Below are positions 9,855 through 19,483 of a DNA stretch of 64,000 nt, in pieces (positions within the stretch are counted from its first letter, which is position 1; every line of letters starts with the position of its first letter). Position numbers and translations under genes: made by a program. This stretch comes from a bacterium (GTDB lineage Bacteria; Hinthialibacterota; Hinthialibacteria; Hinthialibacterales; Hinthialibacteraceae): assembly GCA_963663405.2 (NCBI GenBank), contig CAXXSM010000092.1:105404-169403 (forward strand). Direction: 5' to 3'. Under the pieces are notes generated by a model. That model was not told the origin of the DNA and made no database searches. It saw only the letters and a program-made list of their open reading frames with translations.

Positions 9855-10727
9855 ATGGAATTACTAAATTATGTCCATCTCGAACTATTAGAGAAACTAG
9901 ATGAGGGTGTTTATTTTGTAGATAATAAACGCACGATACAGTACTGGAATCAGGGTTCGGAACGAATTACAGGATATACTAAAGAAGAAGTGATCGGTAA
10001 ACACTGCATTGACAACATTCAAAATCACGTCGATGAAAATGGAAATAATTACTGCCAAACAGAATGTCCACTTCTCAAAACAATCAACACCGGTAAATCC
10101 TGCACAATGAATCTATTCCTCCATCACAAAGATGGACACCGTGTGCCGATCTCCATGCGCTCCTTTCCAATCAAAGACTCGAATGGAAACATTCTCGGCG
10201 CGGTCGAAATCTTTAAAGGGACCAGCGAGAAGATGTTCGATGAGTCTAAGATGAAGGAATTAGCGCGGATGGCGTATATCGATCCACTGACGGGTCTACC
10301 GAACCGTAATTTCTTATCTATGAAAATGGAAACATTCCACAAAGAAGCGGAGATCATGAATTCTTCGACCGGTTCGATCTTGTTACGAGTAAAAAACCAT
10401 GGTCAGATTGTCGATGAATATGGAGAAAAAATCGCCGGGCAAGCCCTGAAAATCACGGCCAAAACGTTGCTCCACAATTCCAAACAAAATCATCTATTAG
10501 GGCGGTGGGATGATACTGCGTTTCTATCCTTAATCCCAGGCGCGGGTGAAGGTCTGCTCCAAACGTTGGCAAAAAAATATCTACGATTACTTGAACATAC
10601 CACCCTTTCCATCGGCCGAACCACCATTCCCATACATCCCCGCGTGAAATACAATCTCACCTCCGCGAAAATGAGCATACTCGAAAGCGTCAAACAAATT
10701 GAAGAGATACCATATTCAGATTTGTAA
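9855..10727 (+). CDS. PAS + degenerate GGDEF domain protein
   Basis: PAS (WNQGSERITGY...HKDG) then DPLTGLPNR; the A-site reads RWDDTAF instead of RxGGDEF. Confidence 0.85.
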   Translation: MELLNYVHLELLEKLDEGVYFVDNKRTIQYWNQGSERITGYTKEEVIGKHCIDNIQNHVDENGNNYCQTECPLLKTINTGKSCTMNLFLHHKDGHRVPISMRSFPIKDSNGNILGAVEIFKGTSEKMFDESKMKELARMAYIDPLTGLPNRNFLSMKMETFHKEAEIMNSSTGSILLRVKNHGQIVDEYGEKIAGQALKITAKTLLHNSKQNHLLGRWDDTAFLSLIPGAGEGLLQTLAKKYLRLLEHTTLSIGRTTIPIHPRVKYNLTSAKMSILESVKQIEEIPYSDL

Positions 10728-10742
10728 ACGCAAATCAAATCC

Positions 10743-11423
10743 TCAAAGAATAAACTTATATCCCATCCGGTGAACCGTGATAACATGACAGGGGTTTTCG
10801 GGGTCGTCTTCGATTTTTTGGCGGAGTTTGGCGATGTGGTTGTCGACGGTACGGGTGGTGGGGAAGTTGGTGTAGCCCCAGACTTGTTCTAGAAATTGCT
10901 CGCGGGTGACGATTTCGCCTTGGTTCTCGACAAACAGGCGCATCATCTCAAATTCACGAGGGGACATCTCGATGGGTTTCCCATCCTTGCTCGCTTGATA
11001 CCGGTCGAAATTCAGGGTGATATCGCCGAAAGAAAATTCATGGACGCTGGGGGGATCTGTCTTCACGCGGCGCAGAATCGCTTTTACCCGCGCCAGCATC
11101 TCCCGCAGACTGAACGGTTTGGTAATGTAATCGTCCGCGCCCGCTTCAAGGCCGGCGATTTTATCCTCCTCCGCCCCGCGTGCGGTGAGCATAACGATCG
11201 GCGTCGTCGAACCGGATTCCTTTAGATGCTTGCAGACCTCCATCCCATCCATGCCGGGCAGCATGAGATCGAGGAGGATAAGATCGAACGGCTCTTTCTG
11301 CGCCAGCCGCAATCCCTCCGTCCCATTCGCGGTCGTGACCGTTTCGTAATTTTCAAATTCGAGATTGTCCTGCAATCCCCGCCGCATATCCGGTTCGTCT
11401 TCAATGATGAGTATGCGCGTCAT
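10743..11423 (-). CDS. OmpR/PhoB family response regulator
   Basis: ILIIEDE, LLDLMLP, GADDYITKPF, TRTVDNHIAKLRQKIE; likely ATG at 11423. No adjacent kinase. Confidence 0.95.
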   Translation of the reverse strand: MTRILIIEDEPDMRRGLQDNLEFENYETVTTANGTEGLRLAQKEPFDLILLDLMLPGMDGMEVCKHLKESGSTTPIVMLTARGAEEDKIAGLEAGADDYITKPFSLREMLARVKAILRRVKTDPPSVHEFSFGDITLNFDRYQASKDGKPIEMSPREFEMMRLFVENQGEIVTREQFLEQVWGYTNFPTTRTVDNHIAKLRQKIEDDPENPCHVITVHRMGYKFIL

Positions 11424-11716
11424 TCTTACTTCTCTCTTCACTCAATTGATAATTGTTTTATCTTAGCGTTTTTTTCAATCGGCGTTTCTATATTCTACTC
11501 CCGGATTGTAAAAAGATGTACGGACTCGATCTACCAACCAAATGACCATTTTCCTTTCTGCATAGTTTTTTTTTGCATTGACCATCATGATTCATGATTA
11601 TTGTATGCAATAAAATGGCTGTTTTTCAATGGTTTTTTTGCATAAAAGGGTTTTCCAGATTATGGAAAAAAGGTATAACATGCTAAGAACCATTAATGAT
11701 ACAAGGGGAGAAAAAC

Positions 11717-13576
11717 ATGCTTAAACTCAGTGGATTTGGTGATGAGATCGTTGAAGATTTTGAAGGCCAGCTGCGTGAAATGCGCAAGATGAATCTCAAT
11801 CACATCGCCCTGCGCAATTTATGGGGCGTCAACATTCTCGATTTGAACGCCAACCAGAAAACCAAAGCGCGAAATCTTCTCCGGAAATACGGCATGGGCG
11901 TATCCGAAATCGGCACGCCGTTAGGCAAAGTCATGATCACCAGCTCGTGGAAGAAAGAATGGACGCGGTACGAAAAAGCGATTGAGATGGCGCACTTCTT
12001 TAATTGCCCCCGTATCCGCATGTTCTCATTCTATTTCCCAAAAGGCGATCCGCCCGAAAAACACCGCGCGACCGTGATGAAACGCTTGAAAGAAATGGCG
12101 GATCGGGCGGAGAAAGAGAATATCCTCCTGCTGCATGAGAACGAAGCCAACATCTATGGCGACACCGGCATCCGCTGTAAAGACCTGGTCGAAACGATCG
12201 ATTCCCCTAATTTCAAACTCATTTTCGATCCCGCCAATTATGTTTTCATTGGAACCGAAGCGTTTACGCAGTGGTATGAAATGCAGGCTGAACACATCGC
12301 CCATTTGCACATCAAAGATGTCACCTTCGATATCGAATTCACTCCCCCCGGCAAGGGAGATAGTGAGATTCCCGAGCTGATCGAAGCGCTCGCGAAAAAG
12401 GGATTTGACGGCTACGCCACAATGGAACCGCACCTTGCCCGCGGCGGCCAGTTTGGCGGTTTCTCCGGGTCGGAGCCGTTCGCCGAAGCGACGGAAGCGT
12501 TCCGAAAAATCTGTGACAATGCGGGGATGGAACACCGCGAAGTCCGCACGAGCGTCATCGGCATGGGCTTCATCGGCATGTTCCACTGCGACAGCATGCT
12601 GGAAGTCCCCCAAGCGCATCTCGTAGCGGTGGCGGACATTCAAAAAGTTCCAAATCTGAAAAAAGCTCAGACGAAATTCAACGTCATGGCATACGACAAT
12701 CCCACCGAGATGATGAAACGGGATGATATCGATATGGTCACCCTCGGCACGCCCAGCGGACTGCACTGTGAATGGACCGTCAAAGCGGCGAACCAGAAAA
12801 AACATGTCCTGACCGAGAAACCGATCGAGGTCTCTTTAGAGAAAGCGGACAAAATGATCAAAGCCTGCCGCGACAACAGCGTCAAACTGGGCGTCATCTC
12901 CCAACGCCGCTGGGATCCTGGCGTGCGGGAACTGAAGGAAGCGATCGAGCAGGGGAAATTGGGGAAACTCATCTTGGGTGACGCCTATATTAAATGGTAC
13001 CGCACGCAGGAATACTACGACAGCGGTGGATGGCGCGGCACGTGGAAACTCGATGGCGGCGGCTGTTTAATGAACCAGAGTGTCCACACGGTCGATTGCC
13101 TCCAATGGGTTATGGACGATGATGTTGTCAGCGTCACCGCGCAGACCGTCCTGGCCGCGCATAAAAAGATCGAAGTCGAGGATATCGCCCACGCGCTGCT
13201 GAAATTCAAAAATGGAGCTCTCGGAACCATTGTCTCCTCCACCGCCGTCTATCCGGGTATGGAAGAGCGGATCGAAGTTTCCGGAACCAAGGGCACGATC
13301 ATGATCGAGAAGAACCAGATTGTCGTGCGGGAGATCATGGGTGAGAAGAAAGCCGAAAAAGAAGAAACCACCGAACGGGGCAGCGGCGCCGCCGACGCCC
13401 AAGCCATCACCAACGAAGGCCACGTCGCCCAAATCACAGACTTCTGCCAAGCCATCCTCGAAGACCGCGATCCCCTCATCACCGGCGAAGCCGGCCGCAA
13501 ACCTTTGGAGATCATCCTCGCGGTCTATAAATCAGCCAAAACGGGGAAGACGGTGACGCTGCCTTTGAAAAAGTAA
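11717..13576 (+). CDS. Fusion of sugar phosphate isomerase/epimerase (AP_endonuc_2 TIM barrel) and Gfo/Idh/MocA oxidoreductase
   Basis: N-terminal HENE, FDPAN, HIKD, MEPH; C-terminal IGMGFIG, TEKP, GGGCLMNQSVH. SD GGGGAG before ATG 11717. Confidence 0.9.
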   Translation: MLKLSGFGDEIVEDFEGQLREMRKMNLNHIALRNLWGVNILDLNANQKTKARNLLRKYGMGVSEIGTPLGKVMITSSWKKEWTRYEKAIEMAHFFNCPRIRMFSFYFPKGDPPEKHRATVMKRLKEMADRAEKENILLLHENEANIYGDTGIRCKDLVETIDSPNFKLIFDPANYVFIGTEAFTQWYEMQAEHIAHLHIKDVTFDIEFTPPGKGDSEIPELIEALAKKGFDGYATMEPHLARGGQFGGFSGSEPFAEATEAFRKICDNAGMEHREVRTSVIGMGFIGMFHCDSMLEVPQAHLVAVADIQKVPNLKKAQTKFNVMAYDNPTEMMKRDDIDMVTLGTPSGLHCEWTVKAANQKKHVLTEKPIEVSLEKADKMIKACRDNSVKLGVISQRRWDPGVRELKEAIEQGKLGKLILGDAYIKWYRTQEYYDSGGWRGTWKLDGGGCLMNQSVHTVDCLQWVMDDDVVSVTAQTVLAAHKKIEVEDIAHALLKFKNGALGTIVSSTAVYPGMEERIEVSGTKGTIMIEKNQIVVREIMGEKKAEKEETTERGSGAADAQAITNEGHVAQITDFCQAILEDRDPLITGEAGRKPLEIILAVYKSAKTGKTVTLPLKK

Positions 13577-13698
13577 GTTTTCGAAAGCGATTCTGATTTT
13601 TTTTTCAGGGATGGTTATTTGATGTGAATAGAGATTCACGCTAAATAGGGATCGTTGTATGATACCTAAATCATTAATCGATTGATCGGAGGAAAACC

Positions 13699-14844
13699 AT
13701 GAAATCCTTCATCTTTACAATATTTCTCATTTTTATTTCCACAAACGCATTTCCCCAGAACATTAACACACCAGAGAACTTCCCCGATCCGAACTTTCGG
13801 GCGGCGGTTGAGAAATTTATGGGGGTGGCGCCGGGCGGCGAATTCACGGCGGCGAAAGCCTCTATAAAAGATGGGACATTGGATTGTTCCTGCTATTACC
13901 TTGAGCAAAAAATTGAAGATATGACTGGGATAGAACATTTTCCCGCGTTAACTGGACTCTACTGCTGGAACAATCAATTAACCAGCCTGGATGTCTCCCA
14001 CAACACCGCTTTGGAATTGCTCTACTGCGCGGAGAATCAATTAAGCAGCCTAGATGTCTCCAACAATCTCGCTTTAACTCAATTCTGGTGCGGTGGTAAT
14101 CAATTAACCAGCCTGGATGTCTCCCACAACACCGCTTTGAAAAACCTCAATTGCGGGTACAATCAACTAACCAGCCTGGATGTCTCTAACAACCCCGCTT
14201 TGACTAACCTCTACTGCTATGAAAATCAATTAACCAGCCTGGATGTCTCCAACAACATTGCTTTGACTTATCTCAGCTGTGGTTTTAATCAATTAACCAG
14301 CCTGGATGTCTCCAACAACATTGCTTTGACTTATCTCAGCTGTGGTTGGAATAAATCAACCAGCCTGGATGTCTCCGGAACCACTACTTTGGAACAGCTC
14401 TATTGCGACTGCAATCAATTAACTAGTCTGGACGTCTCCCACAACACCGCTTTGATAGACCTTAATTGCGGGTACAATCAACTAACCAACCTGGACGTCT
14501 CCCACAACACCGCTTTGAAAAACCTCAATTGCGGTGGAAATCAATTAACCAACCTGGACGTCTCCCACAACACCGCTTTGACTATACTCGACTGCTATGA
14601 AAATCAATTAACCAGCCTTTCAAGTCTTGTAACCAACGAAGGTCTTGGGCCAGGAGACGAAGTGGATATTCGAAACAATTACATTGGTTGTGTTGATCCT
14701 GACGCCTCTATGAGTGATATCCAAATTCTTGTAGAGCGATTTGGTGAGGCCGTCTTCGACACCTGGGGAAATCTTGAATCCGGTTTCGCCTTCTCACCCC
14801 AGAAAAGATGTGAAACGGCGGTATTGGCTTGGTCCTTGCATTGA
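13699..14844 (+). CDS. Secreted leucine-rich-repeat protein (21-aa LRRs) with C-terminal TAVLAWSLH motif
   Basis: Signal peptide, FPDPNFR cap, ten NQLTSLDVSxNxALxxLxC repeats. Confidence 0.92.
   Translation: MKSFIFTIFLIFISTNAFPQNINTPENFPDPNFRAAVEKFMGVAPGGEFTAAKASIKDGTLDCSCYYLEQKIEDMTGIEHFPALTGLYCWNNQLTSLDVSHNTALELLYCAENQLSSLDVSNNLALTQFWCGGNQLTSLDVSHNTALKNLNCGYNQLTSLDVSNNPALTNLYCYENQLTSLDVSNNIALTYLSCGFNQLTSLDVSNNIALTYLSCGWNKSTSLDVSGTTTLEQLYCDCNQLTSLDVSHNTALIDLNCGYNQLTNLDVSHNTALKNLNCGGNQLTNLDVSHNTALTILDCYENQLTSLSSLVTNEGLGPGDEVDIRNNYIGCVDPDASMSDIQILVERFGEAVFDTWGNLESGFAFSPQKRCETAVLAWSLH
13972..14617 (+). repeat. Coding 63-bp tandem repeat, 10 full units plus one partial
   Basis: The AATCAATTAACCAGCCTGGATGTCTCC framework recurs every 63 bp (13972 to 14602 = 630 bp). 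Confidence 0.95.
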
Positions 14845-15007
14845 GAAAAAAATGAGGGGTTAATTGACGAGAACAGCGTTTCACGCTAACTAGTGAATTT
14901 TCTGCTTATGAAAATGGCCGGAATCAATAAGATTCCATTTCCATATTTTTCAATCTGCGCGAATTATCAAGTCTCAGTAATTCCACTCGCAAGAAGAGGA
15001 ACACGTT

Positions 15008-15550
15008 GTGTGTCGAGAAGCATTTCTCTCCAGCCTTCAATCCTACACACCTTCCAATGAAAAAGAGATACAGTTTAAAGATTCAATCATAGAGTTTGTA
15101 AGAATAAATCCTTCCTGCTTCGAGAGATCGTCTGAAGATGGACATATCACAGGCTCCGCGTTTATTCTTGATTCCAATAGACATTTTGTATTGTTAACTC
15201 ATCATCGTAAATTGAACAAATGGCTGCAGCCTGGTGGACATGCGGATGGGGAATGCGACATTTATCAGGCAGCGCTGCGGGAAGCGAGGGAAGAATCAGG
15301 ACTGAAAAGCATCAAGCCCATTTCGAAACAGATTTTTGACATCGATATCCATCCAATTCCGGCGCACGGGAATGAACGCGAACATCTTCATTACGATATT
15401 CGATATCTATTTGAAGCGGACCGCGAAGAGGAAATCATTGTTAGCGATGAATCCAACACCGTTGAGTGGAAGCCCATTTGTGATATCGATACGTTGTCAT
15501 TCAATGAATCGATCATTAGAATGGTTCAAAAAATCATTGGGATGAAATGA
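15008..15550 (+). CDS. NUDIX hydrolase
   Basis: GHITGSA, WLQPGGHADG and AALREAREESG Nudix box. Confidence 0.92.
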   Translation: MCREAFLSSLQSYTPSNEKEIQFKDSIIEFVRINPSCFERSSEDGHITGSAFILDSNRHFVLLTHHRKLNKWLQPGGHADGECDIYQAALREAREESGLKSIKPISKQIFDIDIHPIPAHGNEREHLHYDIRYLFEADREEEIIVSDESNTVEWKPICDIDTLSFNESIIRMVQKIIGMK

Positions 15551-15662
15551 TTTTTCATGATATTGTTGCTTAAAAGCGCCAAGTTGTCGGCATCGAAAAA
15601 TCCTTGCACTCGCTTAAACGCGCATGAAAATCAAGCGACCCTAATGTTCTTCCCATGAGTTC

Positions 15663-16685
15663 ATGATGGCTATTCAAAATCGTTTAATCCTTTCCGTTTT
15701 GATTCTAGGTCTATTCGTAGAATTTTCTCGAGCTCAAATCTATCCAGAAAAAGAGTATTTTAATTCCGAAGACCAATCGATTGATACCTATTTCATCTCA
15801 GACGATCATTCACTCATCGTTTTAGGATCCGAGATGGTTCGAATTCTCGACGCAGCCACCAGCGATACGATTCAGACAATTGATCTGAAAGGAAAACGCG
15901 CAAGGAGTCTGTCTCTATCACCGGACAATCAAAAATTACTGATAGGTCTCGATCGAGCGAAAGTCAAATTATGGGATGTCAATAACAATGTAGAAGAATA
16001 CACATTTGAAACATCAACTAAAAACGCTATTTATTTAGGTGGCCCAGCGCCTGTAGTTGCAACGGCCTTCCATCCAGACAATAATATATTTGCAACTGAA
16101 GAGAATTATCCTGCAGAATCATATTTGCAAATTTGGGATATGGTGAACCGAGTAGAATTATTAAGAGTAATGAAACATACCCCTGTGGAGAGATTAATTT
16201 TTTCAAAAGATGGTAGGTACCTGTTAGAACGCTCTCTCCAAGATTCACGCGTCATATCTACTGAAACAGGAGAAATTCTACTTGATGTGAGTGGCGCAGG
16301 AGGAGTACTGTCAGATGATGGTAATAGTTTGTATATTGTTAATACTGGAAGCAAACCTGGTGAAACAGCCATTTTACGAAAATATGAAATAAGTAGTGAT
16401 AAGATAACTTATACATCCGATGAATTTATGTCACTTGGTCCATATATTGAAGTTCTTCCAAATGGAAAATACCTATTAGCGCTGGATGAATCATAGACCT
16501 CATTAGTAATACTCGATATAGAAAACAACGATATTACGCATACACTTGAAAACAAGAATAATGACGAGATTAAATACCACTCCTTTTGGAACAGCGCAAA
16601 TCTGGTTTATGCTTTAAGTGGAAACAAAGTCTATAAATGGAAAATTCCCGGCTTAGATTCAGCTGTAGATTATCCTTTTTTCTAG
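15663..16685 (+). pseudogene. Secreted WD40/beta-propeller protein interrupted by an in-frame TAG
   Basis: Signal peptide and WD repeats (LSPDNQ..VKLWD, FHPDN..LQIWD, FSKDG). After TAG 16494-16496 the same frame stays open for 62 codons to ...VYKWKIPGLDSAVDYPFF TAG at 16685. Confidence 0.75.
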
Positions 16686-16882
16686 ATATCGAGGCTGATA
16701 GCGTTCAAGAATGGGGAAAAAACACTTTCCTATTGTTTCCCGGCGATTCCTCCCAAACCATAAAAATCCTACATCCCCAATTTTTTGCGAAACTATTTCC
16801 AGGCGCCTTCGTTTTTATGAGGGGGATCGATATTCTATTTTGGGATCGGTTGGATCGATTCCATTGAAACAAAGAGATTGAC

Positions 16883-17656
16883 GTGGGAGTGGTTATGAGC
16901 GCGCAAACGGCGGATACGCTGTCCAATACACAGGTTTCGAATGAGAGCCATGTGGATTTCCGCAGGTTCTTTTTAATTGTTTTTAGTGTTGTGGCGGGGG
17001 TAATCCTCGTTGAAATGACGCTGACGATACTTATTGTCAATGTCATAGGCTATCAAGATCTTCCTATCCGGGGCGAGATGATACGGGACGACAAAGGAGA
17101 ACCCTATTTCGAACCGTACTACTCCAATCTCTATTTCCGTTTCCGGGTAGATGAGAACCGCAGAGAACAGCCCACCGAGACGAAACTCACGCGCGCCGGC
17201 GGATTGGCGACGGGGATCTTCTTCTACACCGTTCTGAACGCGCCCCATTGGATCTGGGAGATGAAATTCCGCAACATCGGCGCCATGGCCGCGATCCCCT
17301 TTATTGGAATCGTCTTTGCCTGTTTTTTCTTATACGCGAATTATCTACCCAACCGGCTGAAACCATGTGACAAAGCGGTGGCGTTTTGTACGACGGTGGG
17401 GATTCTGCATAGCTTAATTGTAGGCGCTCTGCTTTTTCTCATCCAATTGTTAGGTCTGATCTGGCCGGATGCGGCGAGCCTTTACGAGTATCCCACAGTT
17501 TATTATGGGCAATTCACCGGCGCCCTTTTGCCCGCCGCTGTCATCATGTTTCTCACTGGCATTGTTTATGGAACCATCACCGGCGTTCTCCTATACCCGT
17601 TCGCGGGCTATGTCACAGCGTTCAACCAGGAATTGGAAAAAGCCAGGAAGGAATAA
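16883..17656 (+). CDS. Hypothetical integral membrane protein
   Basis: Several hydrophobic helices; ends 3 bp before the next gene. Confidence 0.75.
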   Translation: MGVVMSAQTADTLSNTQVSNESHVDFRRFFLIVFSVVAGVILVEMTLTILIVNVIGYQDLPIRGEMIRDDKGEPYFEPYYSNLYFRFRVDENRREQPTETKLTRAGGLATGIFFYTVLNAPHWIWEMKFRNIGAMAAIPFIGIVFACFFLYANYLPNRLKPCDKAVAFCTTVGILHSLIVGALLFLIQLLGLIWPDAASLYEYPTVYYGQFTGALLPAAVIMFLTGIVYGTITGVLLYPFAGYVTAFNQELEKARKE

Positions 17657-17659
17657 TCG

Positions 17660-19282
17660 ATGTGGCGCCGATGGCTTCCACTGCGTTCCGTCCAATGGAG
17701 CCTCGCCGCATTCCTCATTACGCTCCACTTCACACTCGGTATAACCAGCGCTTTGAAAAAAGCGCCCACTGCGGATGAATACTCCTACATCGCCACTGCC
17801 TACATTTATGTAAAAACCGGCGATTTCCGTCTCGACCGCACCCACCCGCCTCTCATTCGTCTTCTAATTGGCTTGCCGCTTCAATTGACTAAACCTTGGC
17901 TGCCCCCCCTCCAGCGGAACCAGTGGGATTCTCCCATGAGTTACACGTACGGTTACCGCCTTGGGTGGGAGATGCTGCTCGCTGGACGCAACGCCTGGGA
18001 GCCAATTCTGCTGCTTGCGCGAATCCCCATCCTTCTGCTTTCGTGCGGTCTCGCATTGCTGCTCTATCTTTGGGCGCGGGATTTGTATGGAGACGCGGGC
18101 GGGTTGCTCTCGCTCTTCTTGTATTGTGTCTCTCCCAATATGCTGGCGCACGCCCGGCTTGCGACGATGGACGTAGGACTCTGTTTTTTCTTCTTCGCCG
18201 CACTCTTCGCATTCTATCACTATTGGAAAACACGCCGCGTGCGTGATCTTGTCCTAGCGGGCGCGATAACAGGATGCGCGCTCGCGGCGAAAGTAACCGC
18301 CGTTCTGCTGCTTCCCCTGCTCGCGGCCGGATTGTTATGGACCTTCGCGCAAAAAGGTGTTTCGCTGAAAACAATCCCTCCCGCGCAATACATTAGCCGT
18401 CTCTCCATCCTGCTGGTCAGCGCTTTGGCCGCGTTGCTGCTCATTTATGGTTTCCCATTCAAGCCTTGTTATTATCTTGATACGGTCTCCAACGTCTTTT
18501 TTAAAGCCACGCATTCCGGCGCGGGAGGAAATGAGATCGCAGGGATGCCTCACCTGAATTACGCGTACTACCTCTTGGGGAATTATTCATCCAAGGGATG
18601 GCCATATTATTTCCTGATCGCCGCGTTGGTGAAAACGCCATTACCAGTTCTTCTTGCGCCGCTTGGTTTATTTCTAGTGAAGCGTAAAAAATGGATGGGG
18701 GCGCCGGATGTGTTGATTCTCGGCGCGATCGGGATTTTGCATGTGGCGGCGATGTTCAACCGCATGAATATCGGTCTTCGGCACGTGCTTCCCTTTTATC
18801 CGTTTCTATTCCTTTATCTAGGCCGGTTAGTCTTCATCGAAAAACGATGGATCAAACAGAGCGTTCTCATCCCTCTCACCATTTGGGCGTTGGTGGATTG
18901 TCTCTGGATCTATCCTGATTACCTCGCCTATTTCAATCCACTCGCAGGTGGACCGGCGAATGGGCAGGCGATTCTCGACGATTCAAATATCGATTGGGGA
19001 CAGGATTTAGCCCGGTTGGGGCCGGTACGAAACCAATATCCAAACGAACCATTTTACGTCGCGACAAATTGGATGTTCGAACCAAAAGCGTTCCACATCG
19101 ACGCCCAACGTCTGCAAGAAGACCAGATCGCCTCTCCCCCAAAAGGCGTTGTAGCGGTGGGAAAACATTGGGCCATCCGGCGCCGGATCTTTAAAGGCTC
19201 TTCAACCTATTTCGACTGGTTTGAAAAATATGAGCCGATCGGTCACGTAGGCCATTCGATTTTGCTGTACCGGTTTGAGTGA
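17660..19282 (+). CDS. GT-C fold (ArnT/PMT-like, GT39/83) membrane glycosyltransferase
   Basis: PTADE, HPPL, SPNMLAHARLATMD, ALAAK, IGLRHVLP, DSNIDWGQD; many TM segments. Confidence 0.88.
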   Translation: MWRRWLPLRSVQWSLAAFLITLHFTLGITSALKKAPTADEYSYIATAYIYVKTGDFRLDRTHPPLIRLLIGLPLQLTKPWLPPLQRNQWDSPMSYTYGYRLGWEMLLAGRNAWEPILLLARIPILLLSCGLALLLYLWARDLYGDAGGLLSLFLYCVSPNMLAHARLATMDVGLCFFFFAALFAFYHYWKTRRVRDLVLAGAITGCALAAKVTAVLLLPLLAAGLLWTFAQKGVSLKTIPPAQYISRLSILLVSALAALLLIYGFPFKPCYYLDTVSNVFFKATHSGAGGNEIAGMPHLNYAYYLLGNYSSKGWPYYFLIAALVKTPLPVLLAPLGLFLVKRKKWMGAPDVLILGAIGILHVAAMFNRMNIGLRHVLPFYPFLFLYLGRLVFIEKRWIKQSVLIPLTIWALVDCLWIYPDYLAYFNPLAGGPANGQAILDDSNIDWGQDLARLGPVRNQYPNEPFYVATNWMFEPKAFHIDAQRLQEDQIASPPKGVVAVGKHWAIRRRIFKGSSTYFDWFEKYEPIGHVGHSILLYRFE

Positions 19283-19344
19283 AACAATGGGGGAAAAGAG
19301 AAAAAGATCGACTCAATTCAACCTTGATCGGAATTATACACATT

Positions 19345-19398
19345 GCTCCCAGGATTAAAATCCTGGGCTATTATCTTTTGTCCCAAAGGGACTTTAGC
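19345..19398. repeat. REP-like double hairpin (family C)
   Basis: CCCAGGATTAAAATCCTGGG followed by GTCCCAAAGGGAC; the same pair occurs inverted at 55774-55829. Confidence 0.65.
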
Positions 19399-19483
19399 TA
19401 CTCGCTTTTCATAGCTTTGTAATCTAGCAATATATGATTAAGAAGGCTTATTATTACGTATTCACAGATCAGATAATCCACAA

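Noticed and set aside
13972-14617. CRISPR-like regular repeat/spacer appearance
   Set aside because: The period is exactly 21 codons inside an open LRR frame, the variable parts are homologous, and there are no cas genes.
16494-16496. Genome-wide TAG reassignment or pyrrolysine
   Set aside because: TAG is the normal stop of other intact genes here (6633, 48470, 51231), and no pyl genes are seen.
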